Shown here: in pieces, positions 49,194 to 61,438 of the stretch
How positions within the stretch are numbered: the stretch's first letter is position 1
Layout of the letters: the number at the start of each line of letters is the position of its first letter
Assembly (NCBI RefSeq): GCF_011745625.1
Contig: NW_027191457.1
Location: 744,001-808,000 of the forward strand
Reading direction: 5' to 3'
Length of the DNA: 64,000 nucleotides
Source of the DNA: Cladosporium halotolerans
Taxonomy: Eukaryota
Program-made: the position numbers and the translations under genes
The notes under the pieces: model-generated
The model's input: only the letters and a program-made list of their open reading frames with translations
Databases searched by the model: none
Told to the model about the DNA's origin: nothing

Positions 49194-51707
49194 ATGTCGC
49201 TCCTTATGAATGAGGATTTCACACTTTACAACCTACGACTAGGCTACCTTAACAACAATCACGATGGCGTCGGTGAGCGCCTGATCAGCCTCAATACTGG
49301 CGTCTTGAACGAGCCGGCCTTTCGCGCCGCCGGCTGGACTCCCGACACTGCCGCCGTCAAGCGTTGCTACAGCCCGCCCATACCCACCACTGGCGCCGCC
49401 GAATACTTCACACGCCCTTCGCGCGCAAAAGGCGGAGGAGTACTGCTTGCGGACCATGGAGAAGAGCAGGGTGGGATGATCAGCGGACACCGAGGGTCTC
49501 AGGATACCATAAGCACAAATGTGTTCAGCGAGAAGGAAAGACGGAGGCGGAAGCAGCGGGAAAAGATGGAGGAAGATGATTCGAGCGACCTGAGCGACGA
49601 CAGCGAGGAGGACACCGCCGCGCAAAGCGTCAAATTTGCGAAGATGCCAATACGAGCTGCGCGTTCCTCGAATCCGAGCCCTCCAGACAACGTAGGCGTG
49701 AGAGATCAAACGTCAGAGGGGAATCTTTCCGGGCCCGACGCTCGCCCAAGGATTGGGAATGCTGCCAAAGGAGATCCACCCAGATTCCCCACCGGTCGGC
49801 CGAGACGCGATACCACGACTTCGTCTGAAATGTCGAGTGACAATGACATCTCCAACAACTCCACGTTCAAAAGAAAGCTACCTTCGCGACCACAGAAGTC
49901 TGTCATGCTTGCCGATAAGATTGCGGAAGAGGAGGCAGAAGATTCTGACCTTGAAGATGAAGAAGAGGACGAGGAAGAAGACGTTGAAGTAGCGGAAGCT
50001 AGCGATTTGGATGACGAGTTCGAAGACGACGATGTTGCCGCTCCACCGTCAGCATTACTCGTAGAATCTGGTACTACATCCTCACCACCGCACAAGGATA
50101 TCAGCATGCCACCAGCAATTACGCCTACCTCGTCGTCGCCCAGGAAAACAAAGGAACAGCTGCCCAAGCTTCCAAAGCTGCCATCCGGTCGACCCATGAG
50201 CATGTTGCCCGCATCAAGCCTGCTAACCATGGCCTTGAAAGGTAACGGCGGGGGCTCTGATGGCGAGAAAGCTTTCCAAAGGTATGCCGAACTGTCTGGT
50301 AAGGGCGAAACCAACCCACTATGGATCAAGATCTATTACTCCTTTGCCGAGAAGTCGTCCAAACCCGTTGAGGTGCCTATCCGCCGGGCCAAAGCTGCTG
50401 ATGCAGGACCTCCTGCTGTCAGCGATCTTATTGGCCTGGCACTGTTCCGGTATGATGAGGAAGAGATGAAGCCTGCCTTGAAGTCGAGCGACAAGCGTCT
50501 CAAGCGTTGGGAACTACGCATGGTCGATGACGGAGAGATCGAGATGGACTTCCCAGCGCTCGATCGAGCCAAGCTTGTGACAGATTTTACGAGTAACAAC
50601 AACAGACCACCTCAGAGAAGGATGAGAGATAAGCCGTGGGATGAATTTGGCCTCGTTAGAGCTGAAGAAGCGGACGATGACGATGAAGACGAGGAAGGCG
50701 GAACGGCACTGGCAGACATCGGCCAGACGGCGGCAGCGTCAACAACGACCCTTACGACTGTTCGGTCTACTGTACCGGAGCATACAGCACCTCCAGCGCC
50801 ACCTAGTCTGATACCAAACCGAAATCCAATCACAGGTCCAAGCTTTGCTCTCGCAAACACAGCAGCGCGCAAAGACTCATCCGCCCTACTGGACCTGCCT
50901 CAAGCGCCTGTCGCAACGTCTACACCTCGTACTGGCGCAGCGAAGACCGTCGAGATCCATTTCACCGATCCTCAGTCGTTCCAGACAACCCTTCTCCCAG
51001 TGCCCACAACCTCGGACACATATATTGCCGAGATATTCGACATTGCATGTGCTCGCTTGCGCTTGGACAAAGCTTTGTATGTCCTCAAAGTCAGAGGCAC
51101 ACAGACTGTTGCACCTTCAGATCGCACGATCGAGGCGCTTGGCTCCAATCTACACCTTGACCTCGTTCGTCGAAGATTCGGTGCGGTCGGAGATTTCGGC
51201 CTAGGACTCTCCGGCTCGCCTAGCTCCAACAGCCCGAATGCACCGCTGGAGTTGGTACCCAACACACCACCTACAGCTAAAGAAGGCAAACGCAAGAAGG
51301 GCTTTGGCGTGTTGCATCCGACTACAGCCCAGCAACCTACCTTGCATGCTACCACTTCCTTGATGAATCTTGCAAACTCAACGATGCCCGGCCGTCGTTA
51401 CAATGTGCAACGGAAACTGCCTTTGAGCTTTTCGGGCTCGCATCCGCGGACCCTGGTCATTACTCCAGAATTCCTCCAAATCCTACCTTCGACTACTGAG
51501 GAGTCTGGGCCGGCGACGGGTAAGGTCACGAACATCCACATGTCGTCTATTGTTGGCGTGAAGGTCAGCAGAAAGCACCAGAAAATGGTGCGTGTCCTTG
51601 TGTATCGGGAGAAAGAGACGAAGAGATACGACTTTGAGTGCGTTTCGCATGATGAAGCCGAAAATATAGTCCGCGATGTGAGGGTTGGAACCGGAACTGA
51701 AAGCTGA
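49194..51707 (+). CDS. SIN1: TORC2 subunit Sin1/Avo1 (CRIM, RBD-like and C-terminal PH domains)
   Basis: MSLL...FTLYNLRLGYL....DGVGERLI, KRCYSPPIPT, WELRMVDDGEIEMDFPALDR, ETKRYDFE. Confidence 0.92.
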   Translation: MSLLMNEDFTLYNLRLGYLNNNHDGVGERLISLNTGVLNEPAFRAAGWTPDTAAVKRCYSPPIPTTGAAEYFTRPSRAKGGGVLLADHGEEQGGMISGHRGSQDTISTNVFSEKERRRRKQREKMEEDDSSDLSDDSEEDTAAQSVKFAKMPIRAARSSNPSPPDNVGVRDQTSEGNLSGPDARPRIGNAAKGDPPRFPTGRPRRDTTTSSEMSSDNDISNNSTFKRKLPSRPQKSVMLADKIAEEEAEDSDLEDEEEDEEEDVEVAEASDLDDEFEDDDVAAPPSALLVESGTTSSPPHKDISMPPAITPTSSSPRKTKEQLPKLPKLPSGRPMSMLPASSLLTMALKGNGGGSDGEKAFQRYAELSGKGETNPLWIKIYYSFAEKSSKPVEVPIRRAKAADAGPPAVSDLIGLALFRYDEEEMKPALKSSDKRLKRWELRMVDDGEIEMDFPALDRAKLVTDFTSNNNRPPQRRMRDKPWDEFGLVRAEEADDDDEDEEGGTALADIGQTAAASTTTLTTVRSTVPEHTAPPAPPSLIPNRNPITGPSFALANTAARKDSSALLDLPQAPVATSTPRTGAAKTVEIHFTDPQSFQTTLLPVPTTSDTYIAEIFDIACARLRLDKALYVLKVRGTQTVAPSDRTIEALGSNLHLDLVRRRFGAVGDFGLGLSGSPSSNSPNAPLELVPNTPPTAKEGKRKKGFGVLHPTTAQQPTLHATTSLMNLANSTMPGRRYNVQRKLPLSFSGSHPRTLVITPEFLQILPSTTEESGPATGKVTNIHMSSIVGVKVSRKHQKMVRVLVYREKETKRYDFECVSHDEAENIVRDVRVGTGTES

Positions 51708-52025
51708 TGTGATGCTTGATCTGGAGGGCTGCAGATGTTCATGTCCTGATTATCGATATATACCCATTTTACGAATGAAAGACCATACCATTTGGCTTGA
51801 AACCAGCTTTCAGTGATACGGACAAGGGTCAAAGAGCCGCTGTTGAAACGGACATCGTAATGATCTGCGGGTCGATAAATCACAAGCCTCGGCTGACGTC
51901 CCGCAATTGCCGATCCAGCCAGCGACGTCCGCTCGTACATTCGAAAGACACGTACTCGAAAGAAATGGCAACAGATATCTCGTCAATCCGTCCTATCTAT
52001 CAACATTGAATTTGTTACTTTCCAC

Positions 52026-53051
52026 ATGCCTACAAGGGTGCTCATCGTCGGTGCAGGCGCGGTCGGCGCTTTCTACGGCTCACGTCTCGCGTGCGCCCCA
52101 AATGTGCTTGTTTCCGCCCTTTGCAGATCAAACTACAAGGCAGTGAAATCAAAAGGTTTCCAGATCACGTCTCCGCAATACCAAGAATACGAATTCAAGC
52201 CCGAGCATACATTCCAGAGTCCGGAAGAAGTCAGAAAAGCCGCCATCGGATGGGACTATCTACTTGTCGCCACCAAGGCACTGCCTGATCTTGGAGATGA
52301 TAGCAGCCTTCTCGAAGGTCTCGTTGGCGACAAAACGGCCATAGTCCTCGTCCAAAATGGACTTGGCGTCGAGGAGCCATATCAACGACGTTTTCCGAAC
52401 TCAAGCATTCTCAGTGCGGTGACGATTGTCAGTGCTGCGCAGCCCAGCCATGGTGTCATCTCACATAATCGCTGGACTCGCATTTCAATCGGCCCTTTCT
52501 TGCCGCACCTAGATAGCGGTGGGACGGGATCTAAAACATCCGATAACATCGCGACGGAGCTAAACAAGCATCTTGTGGATTTGCTTCAGCAAGGCGGAAT
52601 CTCCGATGCCGAGGCTTATGATCACGCCGGTCTGCAGTTCGTCCGTTGGCACAAGATCGCAATCAACGCGGCTATGAATCCTTCATCAACATTGTCTGGT
52701 GGAAGCACGAACCAAGCCATGTCCAATGATCCCGAGCTCAGCCGCCACTTGTTGGGGGTGATGAACGAGGTTTTGGATGCAGCCCCGAAAGTGTTGGGCC
52801 AGCCTCTGCCCAAACATCTCGCGACTGCAGATCGAATCCTTCGGAGTACGCAAAAGAACGCTTCGGGTAGTAAGCCAAGCATGGCTATTGATTGGGAGCA
52901 AGGAAGACGGATGGAGCTGGAAGTGATTTTGGGTAATCCGATCAGGATTGCGAGAGAAAAAGGTCTTGAGATGCCGAGATTGCAGAGTCTCTATGCTCTG
53001 CTCAGGATGGCACAAGAGAACCGTGAGAAAGAAGGGAAGAGTAAAATTTGA
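52026..53051 (+). CDS. Ketopantoate reductase (PanE/ApbA) family oxidoreductase, C-terminal -SKI
   Basis: LIVGAGAVGAFYG, VATKAL, LVQNGLGVE, RWHKIAINAAMN, KPSMAIDWEQGRRMELEVILGNP. Confidence 0.93.
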   Translation: MPTRVLIVGAGAVGAFYGSRLACAPNVLVSALCRSNYKAVKSKGFQITSPQYQEYEFKPEHTFQSPEEVRKAAIGWDYLLVATKALPDLGDDSSLLEGLVGDKTAIVLVQNGLGVEEPYQRRFPNSSILSAVTIVSAAQPSHGVISHNRWTRISIGPFLPHLDSGGTGSKTSDNIATELNKHLVDLLQQGGISDAEAYDHAGLQFVRWHKIAINAAMNPSSTLSGGSTNQAMSNDPELSRHLLGVMNEVLDAAPKVLGQPLPKHLATADRILRSTQKNASGSKPSMAIDWEQGRRMELEVILGNPIRIAREKGLEMPRLQSLYALLRMAQENREKEGKSKI

Positions 53052-53653
53052 AGACTCTTGTAAATCAGCCAGCAACAATGATGCTCTACAATATCGTCCC
53101 TGGCACCGAGAAATGTTTGTCCGGGGATCCGAGAATGCGAACACTGATGAGCTGTATGGCACTAAATCCGGCCTGTAGATCCTGATATCTCTCCCTACGA
53201 GCTACTCGACCGAGTTTCACAATATTCTCGCGTGCACCACAGTCTTCACTGCCAAGTCGGTCTCGCTTCATTCAACCACCAACTTCGCTTCCTGACGCTC
53301 ACCGGCCTCCCCTTCAAACCCGCTTTCGGGATTTGTCACGTTACATCCATCAAGGATTCTGTTCAGAAGACGGCTTTGTAACGTGACTACTGGCCGAATC
53401 TTGACACTGAATGCTCACGGCTTTCTAAGGTCGAGCCTATCGGTACAGACTCATGACGTTGAGTTCTTTCACCTATTCGCATACGCATTCACATGCGATC
53501 AACTGGCTTCGCGGCACGTGTCAGCTGATACAAATACTTCTTCAGCTACGGCTTCTCTCCCCAACATTACACTCTCCTCCTAAACACACACAAGAGTATT
53601 GCGATTAATTGCCACCACACTCTCCACAACCAACCTACCTATATGCAACGATC

Positions 53654-56600
53654 ATGTCTAGTTTTGCCTTCGACTCCTCAAAGAGGCGGGCGTACCAAGA
53701 ACCTCAGACAACCAAGGAAGAGCTTTTGCGGGACCCGCGCTTTGGCCCGGATCACATCTATGGCACTACACCTAACGGTGACGCTGGTCTGTCTGATCTA
53801 TTAGCGACCAAATCCAGTTTGGACTTCGATAGCATTGACAGGCACAACAAGCACCAGACAGTTCCTTACAAACAAAGTGTGCTCCCTCCGCCTGGAAACA
53901 CTAATCGACAGAAGCGAGCATACACGGAAGAGTCCCTTCACGAGGGCAGTAGCAAAAGGGCCAAAGATATAATTGACACGGCGCGGGTTCCTTCCCTCAC
54001 TACTTCATCAGATGAGCGATACGGTCGCCACACTGGCGTTATCGATCTCACAGGTGATTCCGACGAAAGCGAAGAAGAGCAAGGGTTCCCGGAGCGGCAG
54101 TTTGTCCCTAATGCTGGAGACAACAAGCCCGCGGTCAGACGTAAGTCTCCAAGCCCTCCACGGACGTTCGTTCGGGGTCTCTCCCCGATCGCTGCGCACC
54201 CACGCAAAGCTCCAATTATGAGCCGCTGCAAGCCACCGATCAAGCCGGCGAGCCGCAGGCAGACTCAAACTGCGTCTCCGGGCCCGCTCAGCGTGTTCAA
54301 TGCTCAGAATCGATCCCAAACTGCCGGCTTCGCGGCCTCGCGTAGAACGACTCCCGCTGCAACTGCAAGGAGTACCCCTCGAGCTCCGTTAAATGCGTCA
54401 TCTTTGGGGTCATCATCAACTGCAACGTCTGCTACGCCTCATGGGTTGAAGAAATCGGGGCCATTCCTGGAGGGAGACGACGAAAGCAGTGGCGATGAGT
54501 CCATGGCACCACCAGCCCGGCCTCGTGACAGCGTAAGCATTCTTGTGGACCGGCCGAAGTGTGACACTCCGGTTCGGGCTGATATCAGTCGGCTGCAAGC
54601 TGAAAGTCGATCAATGCGGGAGAAAGCGCAGCAGAAGCTCCAAAGCGGTTTGGTGATTCCGGCGGTCGACCAGCTCGCACAAGGACATGTTATCTCAGAC
54701 GATGCTGAGGACACCCACGATGAGTCTTTTTTAGGACTACCGCACCAGAGAACGATGCAGTAGAGGCATGGCGAGACTATCCTGTCCCGTCGATTGAGTT
54801 TCCACAGAATCCACCACCTGATGAGATTTCCGAGGAAACAAATCCAACTCTGGTGCGGCCACAGCAACATGAATCAACCGAACACAATTACAAAAGGATC
54901 TTCCCGAAGGATAAACCCGACTTTGAGGCGGAAAGAGCCCCAAAAAGGCAACATACGATCGCAGAGACTCATGAGGTCGAGCAGTCAGTCAGTAATCGAC
55001 CGAAGCCGCATTTGACTTCCAGAGGTTAGTCGAGAAAGCGCAGTCACGCAACAAAGCTGTCAGTAAACGCGACCCGAATCCATTCATACCAGCAAAGCGA
55101 TACAACGCAATCGGCGCGAGGCATCACATCGACAGTATCAAAAGCAAAGTAACTCAAGCAAAGCAGAACACCACCTCTGCAGGACCGCAAGGTCACTGCA
55201 ATGGGCACAGGTCAGATACTGAATCTTCCTTCGAGGACGAAGCGTGGGAAGAACGAAAGGTCGCTGAGAAGCGGATACAACGCCCAGCTCTAGTCCCGCC
55301 GCGCCTGAAGGATGTTCCACACGGACTACCGTTTCCGTCGTCTAAGCCTACATCAGGGACAGCGAATCACCAAAGGAACAATGCAAGAGGGCCAATCATG
55401 GAAGACTTAAAGGCACAATCTCGGAAAGCTCAAGAACAGCGTATCCGCGAGAAGAAAGCGCGCGATGAGCAAAGCCGTGCTGAACAGGAAGACGCATCCA
55501 CCGAGGTCAACCGTAAGCTGGTTAATCCGAGGGCGCCTGAAGCTCACGGTAGCAGTGGTGTTATACACTCTCGTGGCAATGGCTTGAGACCAATGTCGAC
55601 CGCCGAGCACCAGCCAGAACCCCCTATTTTTGACCGTTCAAAAGTCCCTATGATCCAGGGAACCCCAGATGAAAGGGAATCTGAGCCCGTAGAAAGAGCG
55701 AAAGGGCCATTCCCATTAAATAGTGTGCAAGGAGTCAAAGCAGTAGCACAGTTGCTGCCTCGACAAATGGTATTTCCCTACGAAGACGAGCGCGACGCTA
55801 AACCTGTGATGGCGAGCCTCCGGAAAAGCGAATCTAACACTGCGACGTTCAAGAAATCCGTCGTCAAAGCCAATCCTTTGACGATCACGCCGGCGGATCT
55901 CCAGCTCTACAGATGGAGAATCGAGAAGGTGCAATGGGCCGACGTGATACAACGCTACAATGAGCTCACCGGAACCAGAGGAGCGCGCGAGGATAATCTA
56001 AGAAACAGGTTCCGCCAAGTTGAAAAGGCGATCGAGCGAGAAGAGATCAGCAACGAGCTCTGTGTGCAAGCTCTAACTGGAGACCAGGGAGCATTCGACG
56101 AGCTCAATCGCCTCGTACGCGACCACCATGCGAGCGAGCCGACGGCTTTCAAGAAGGCTGCCAAACAGGATCCCGCTCAAGCTGTACGGATCCATGCTAG
56201 TGAAGCTGCTGTCGCAAGGCCGACGCAGGGTGGAAAGTCTTACGACATGACCATCCAGGCGTACTTCCAGCACGTCAAAGCAATGGAGATCGAGACCGAA
56301 GACGAGGAGTCCTCCCGAGAATGCTCTCCAATGACCGAAGCGGACTACGTCCATTGGCAATACTTCCTGCTTCGTCGAAATTTCACTGCAGAAGAGCTTG
56401 CTGAAAGCGACAAAGATGATCTCTTCGACCACACGGACTGGGTGGAGTATGACGTCGCTTTTGAAAGTCTGAGTGAGGCCAACGCGACGGCAGCGCGCTT
56501 CATTTTCGCCGCACCGAAGGACGCCGGCCCTATTTGCGAGCCCTCGAGCAAGTTCAGCATCATCCAAGACTACGATGGCGACGGGCTAGTCTCTTTTGAG

Positions 56601-57044
56601 CTCGAGTCAAATGCAGGTCTGGTCCAGGTCAAAGTCTCGAGGCGGATGAGATCATTCCAAGAATACGTGGAGCCCGAGAGTAAGGAAGGGTGGCTTCCGA
56701 AGAGATTCTGGTGTGTCCATGTGAAGACTCTAAAGAAACAAGCCGACGACCTATTCGGAGAAGGTACAGACGAGGTGGCATTCAGGGTGCTTGAAAATGC
56801 CGTCTTCACGACACTCGACCTTGCCAATTCCCGCGCAATCGATGAGTGGCTGCGGCTCACACACGTACCAAGCTCGTCGCACTTGGACGTTGTTCAGGTT
56901 GAAAGAGCGGCGGCCAAGATGCAGCTGGAGGGAGCGATGAGGTCTGGAGGCGGCGAGGTTACTTTCTTCAATGTATTTGATGATGATAGTAGGACCGTTG
57001 AGGTGAAAGTGGAAGTCTTGCACTTGCAAGGCCCACGTAACTAA
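53654..57044 (+). CDS. Large uncharacterised protein (~1100 aa) split over three frames between 54727 and 55092; possible Myb/SANT-like helical domain
   Basis: ORF 53609..54763, a bridging open frame ~54733-55028 and a third frame open from 54996 into ORF 55398..57044; LQLYRWR...WADVIQRYNELTG...LRNRFRQV. Confidence 0.65.
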
Positions 57045-57379
57045 GCCGTTAGCGTAGCGAAATGAATTCTCGTGTTGCCAATTGCACAGTAATTGCCAAT
57101 TTCAGCATACAGAATGAAGCATTTCATGCATCCCTTTGGCAGTCGTAGGCATGGTCACGTATAGACGTCGATGAGACTCTCTCATGCACAACGAGCATCT
57201 CACTGGCAGGTAATGTGATCCTAAGCTTACCATGATTGATAGCACCGCTATTCGAAAATTTTAGCTGGGAGATGCAAGAGCGTGCAAAGTGATCATATTT
57301 CATAGCATCGTTATCCACCCTCAAGTCTGATTACATACATCGCGAAACAAGTAGCATTCGTCCCAAGACCTCCCGTCCC

Positions 57380-57709
57380 TTACCAGCTCTTCTTTCCCTG
57401 GCCAGCGTTCTCGGCACCCTTGCCAGCGGAGTTGCCAGCATCTTCGATGCCGCCGGTGATGCCCTGGAGACCGTCGCCGACAGCCTTGGTGCCAGTGGTG
57501 TTGTTGATGGTGTCACCGACGCCGCGGCCAGCGGTGCCTACAAGGCCACCGGCCGTCTTGGTGATGCCGCCAACGGCGTTACCGAGCTGTCTGTGTCAGT
57601 ATGTCGCGATACCTGGAAGATCGTGGGCGATGGGATAGCGTACAGCGGAGGTGCCAGACTTGACAACGCCTTCGGCGCCGCCCTTGTTGTTGCCAGTGTC
57701 AAGAGGCAT
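57380..57709 (-). CDS. Small 90-aa Gly/Thr-rich hydrophilin/LEA-like protein; exons 57709-57644, 57586-57380
   Basis: MPLDTGNNKGGAEGVVKSGTSA|LGNAVGGITKTAGGLVGTAGRGVGDTINNTTGTKAVGDGLQ...KKSW*; start context caaaATG, intron GTACGC..ACTGAC..CAG; missed by the ORF track. Confidence 0.8.
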
Positions 57710-58350
57710 TTTGTTTGGGTTGGTCTTAAGATTTGTGATTGGCGTTTAGTTCTCACGTGGGTTGGCAATGTATCGAAGACCGAGCGTTGCTTGCATTATT
57801 ATATCTTGCGATCGTATTGCTGGGCCCAAGCTACGTCATAGATTTATGACGTTGAATGTGGGAAGTGAACGAACACCTTTCTGCAAACGCCACAATGTTA
57901 CATGTAAAGTTGGCTGACGAGGCACCTAAGACAATCCAAGCAAGCTAACCTCCATGTCTACGTGTCGCATCAAACGCAAGTGACTGGCTGGTAGGCAACG
58001 GTGATGCGTCGACGTGCATGGATGTGGGTGTGACGATGAGGGGAAAGTTGGCTGTGCCGCGAAGCTTATTTGCTCTACCATGTTTCGATTGCGTTGACCA
58101 CATGCGGTATCGCGCCCCTGGTATCTGTCTCCCCTACTCTGTGATCTGAGATCTAGTATCGGGATAGTTGACCGGCGTTTGAGACCTTCGTCTCGGTTGT
58201 TTCCCTCGTCTTCGTCCTTCTATGCTTCAAGAATTGGTAATCGCATGTCAAGCGATTTTCGATGGGAGGGATGATAATCACTCTAACTCAGTGACTTCTC
58301 CTGAGCCCCAAGTCAAGCGCGTATAGCCATAGAAATAATTCTATTCTACG

Positions 58351-59563
58351 AAACCACAACTCATCACTCGTCATGGCGTGTCAGCTTCTATGTTATGATT
58401 CCCTTCGGAGTCCTGACCATGTTGGTTTTTTTCTTCGTTGTCGGCGAGATTCGCCGACCCACTGACGAGAATCAATTTGGTGTAGATCGACTAAGAAGCA
58501 TCAGTTGGGCTGGATTTGCTGCAAATGTTCCTATGGCTCTTTGCCTCGTCCTGGCTTTTCAGTGGGGCGGAAACCAATACGTGTGGAGCAACTGGCGGGT
58601 AATCTTACTCCTGGCCCTCGCTGGGGTGCTCTTGGTATCATTCCTCTCAATAGAGCACTGGGCGGGTGATGGCAGTCTGGTTCCGCTGAAGATGCTGCGC
58701 CAACGAATGATCGTCTGTGCCAGCTTAATCACCTTCTGCAACTTCGCACATCTATTTTTGCTAGCCTACTATGTAAGTCGGCGGCTCATTTGTATCCATT
58801 TTGGATTTGCGCGAAGTAACACCAGCTTCCTTTCTATTTCCAAGCTGCCTGCGGTGCCAGCACGATCGCTTCTGGCGTCATGTACCTCCCTACGGCCATT
58901 TCTCTTGGAATCGCCTCTATGGCTGGCGGCCAGATCACGAAAACTCTGGACTACTACAACATGACTCTGATGCTAGGCTCCATACTCATGACGGTCGGGG
59001 CTGGTCTGATAACGACCTTCACTCCGGCCACAACACCGAAGTCGTGGATATCCTACCAAGTCATCTACGGCTTCGGCATTGGCTTGACTTTCCAACCACT
59101 GTTCGTCGGCGTCCAAACCGTACTCCACGATTCTATCGTTCCTCGAGCCCTGGTCATGTCGAGCTTCGCGCAGATGTTTGGCGGCATCGTCATCCTGTCC
59201 GTAGCGCAGAATGTCTTCCTCAGTCGACTTGCTGAGAATTTGGTCAACAGAGCGCCGCAGATGGATTCCGCTGCGACCCTGAGCAAAGGTGCCCTTGGGA
59301 TCGTGGGTGCATTTCCGGAAAGGTATAGGGAGCAAGTGTTGATCTCGTACAATGGGTCTCTCGTGCAGGTGTTCTACATCGCGTTGGGGTTAACTTGTGT
59401 GGTGGCAGTGAGCTCGCTTGGAATGGAGTGGAAGTCTGTAAAAGTGAGGAAAGATGACGGAGAAGATGAGGAGGAGAACAGCGACGGGCCACAGAATATC
59501 GCTGGGGAGGAAAGCAACGAGGACAGAGAAGTAGAGGACGCTGATGGTAAAGCAGAGCAGTAG
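58351..59563 (+). pseudogene. 5'-truncated DHA2 (14-TMS) MFS toxin-efflux transporter; intron 58773-58825
   Basis: Begins at SWRVSFYVMIP (the TMS6 WRWCFYINLP equivalent); has AFQWGGNQYVWSNWRVI, YY|LPFYFQ, YQVIYGFGIG, MEWKSVK; TMS1-5 not found upstream. Confidence 0.7.
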
Positions 59564-60182
59564 GCTGCCCTATAGGACCGCGTTTGCATCTGCGACGTTA
59601 CCAGTAGAATTATCATTACACGGCACATGTAGGTAGTCATGAGAGTATATACAGTGGATTGGAAGATGTCAAAGACTGGCGCTAAATCGTAGCAGAACAC
59701 AAGGGCTAAATGTGGTTAATCAGAATAAATTGCCCAGTTCGGGTTCGATTGAGAGCCAGAAATGATGGAATCGTGATGTTGCAACTACTATTCTGTCAAT
59801 AGAGATCTCCCGTTATCCACTGCATCCAAGCCGTGATCAGAGTCGTGGAGCTTATAAACTCGGTGTGTTCGGGCACGGATCGTATATGAGTGGGCGATTC
59901 GAGACCTTCGTCTCCTCCATATTGCTCGCCCTCATTCTTTGCCGAAGTGCCAAACAACATCTCCGGTGAGTTTCCATTGTGAAGGCTCACAAATGCCACA
60001 AGGCCGATAACTCACGTCGGTGTCGGACAAGCTGGCCAGAGACTGGCCGCCAATCGCGATCCCCAGTTTTTGATAGCACCTCTCTCAAGTGCACTCAGCA
60101 GAGGGCCACGAGCGCGACATGCTGATTTGACCAACAACATCGGCTCAGCTCGTTTGATCATTCTTGATCAATCCTCATTCCA

Positions 60183-61124
60183 CTACCGCGCGTTCTCGGC
60201 GCTCAACTCAGCCATGAGACCCCCCACATCCCTCCGCTTCTCGTCCTCCTCAAGCTTCGCCTTAACAAGCTTATCAAACACCTTCACCTTCTCCAGGGCA
60301 ACATTCATGCAATTCAGCACACTCATCGCATCCACCGGCTCGCCACTATATTTGGCAATCTGACAAATCTCCCCAAACCGGTTCATGCTAATCATCACCT
60401 CGCCCTCGCGACACTGCTCCTCCAGCAGCGTCGAATCCAACAACATCACCGAGCCGTCCTCATAGTACCCGAAAGTGACGCAGAACGGCTGGTGCTGCAT
60501 CGACAGCTTGATGGGCTCGCGCTCGCGCGGGTCGAAGATCTGCACCTCCTCGCCGCGCACCTCGAAGTCCGGCCGCCGGTAGTGCATGAGCGCCGCGACG
60601 AGCGCCAGGCAGCTGGCGTCCACCAGGCTGCCGTCGTGGTCCAGCACGTGCACGTCGGCGCGCACGTGGAAGCATTTCTGGCCCGCGATGATGCAGAGGG
60701 ATTCGGTATCGAGGGCGCCCGAGCGCCGGATGGTCTTTTCGAGGATCCGGGAGAGGAGCACTTCGGCTTGGTCTTGTCTGTTGTTTTGCATTAGCTTCTG
60801 TTGTCGTAGCGAAATTCGAAACTGCGAGATGTTTACTTACCGCCCAACCTCAAAAGCAGGCGAAGCAATAGGCGACAACTCCGTGGATATCGTGAAAACG
60901 CCATCGAACTTGCGATCCGCGGACGCCTTGACGACTTCCGACGACACCCTCACCATCACCTTCGTCTTGCCCAACCGCGCGGTCGCCACTCCATACTCGT
61001 CGCCGAAACTCAGATCGATCTGTCGGAATTCGTCGAATGCCCGGCCGTCCAAGCGGACGTTTTCGCGGAGAGCTTGGAGCAGGAACGCTTTTGCGTTGTT
61101 TGAGGGCTCGGCTTCTCGAGGCAT
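60183..61124 (-). CDS. RRP45: Exosome core subunit Rrp45 (RNase PH fold); exons 61124-60841, 60777-60183
   Basis: MPREAEPSNNAKAFLLQAL.ENVRLDGR, LSRILEKTIRRSGALDTESLCI, HVLDHDGSL.DA, ELSAENAR*. Confidence 0.95.
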
Positions 61125-61438
61125 TGTGTTGTTTTGAATAAGAAGTGGCGAAGGAATAAATACCGCGGTGGCGTTTACGATACCTCACGAATTGTCTTTG
61201 CGGCCGCCACGGGCTTTCCTTGCTCTGCCCGCTGCCGCTGGCGTTCGACGCTCGCATTTTCCGCGTCGGCTGCCTCTCGCCTTGCGCGACAACGTCGTCC
61301 AAATCCGGGAATCTTAGCCGAGAAATCGACTTCACCTGGCCCTTTCGCATTCAACACCTAAACCACACTACCCAGCTCCTTTGCCCAAACCTCCTAGGGC
61401 TGCGTCGCAAACAACCATACTCCACACAAACTACGACA

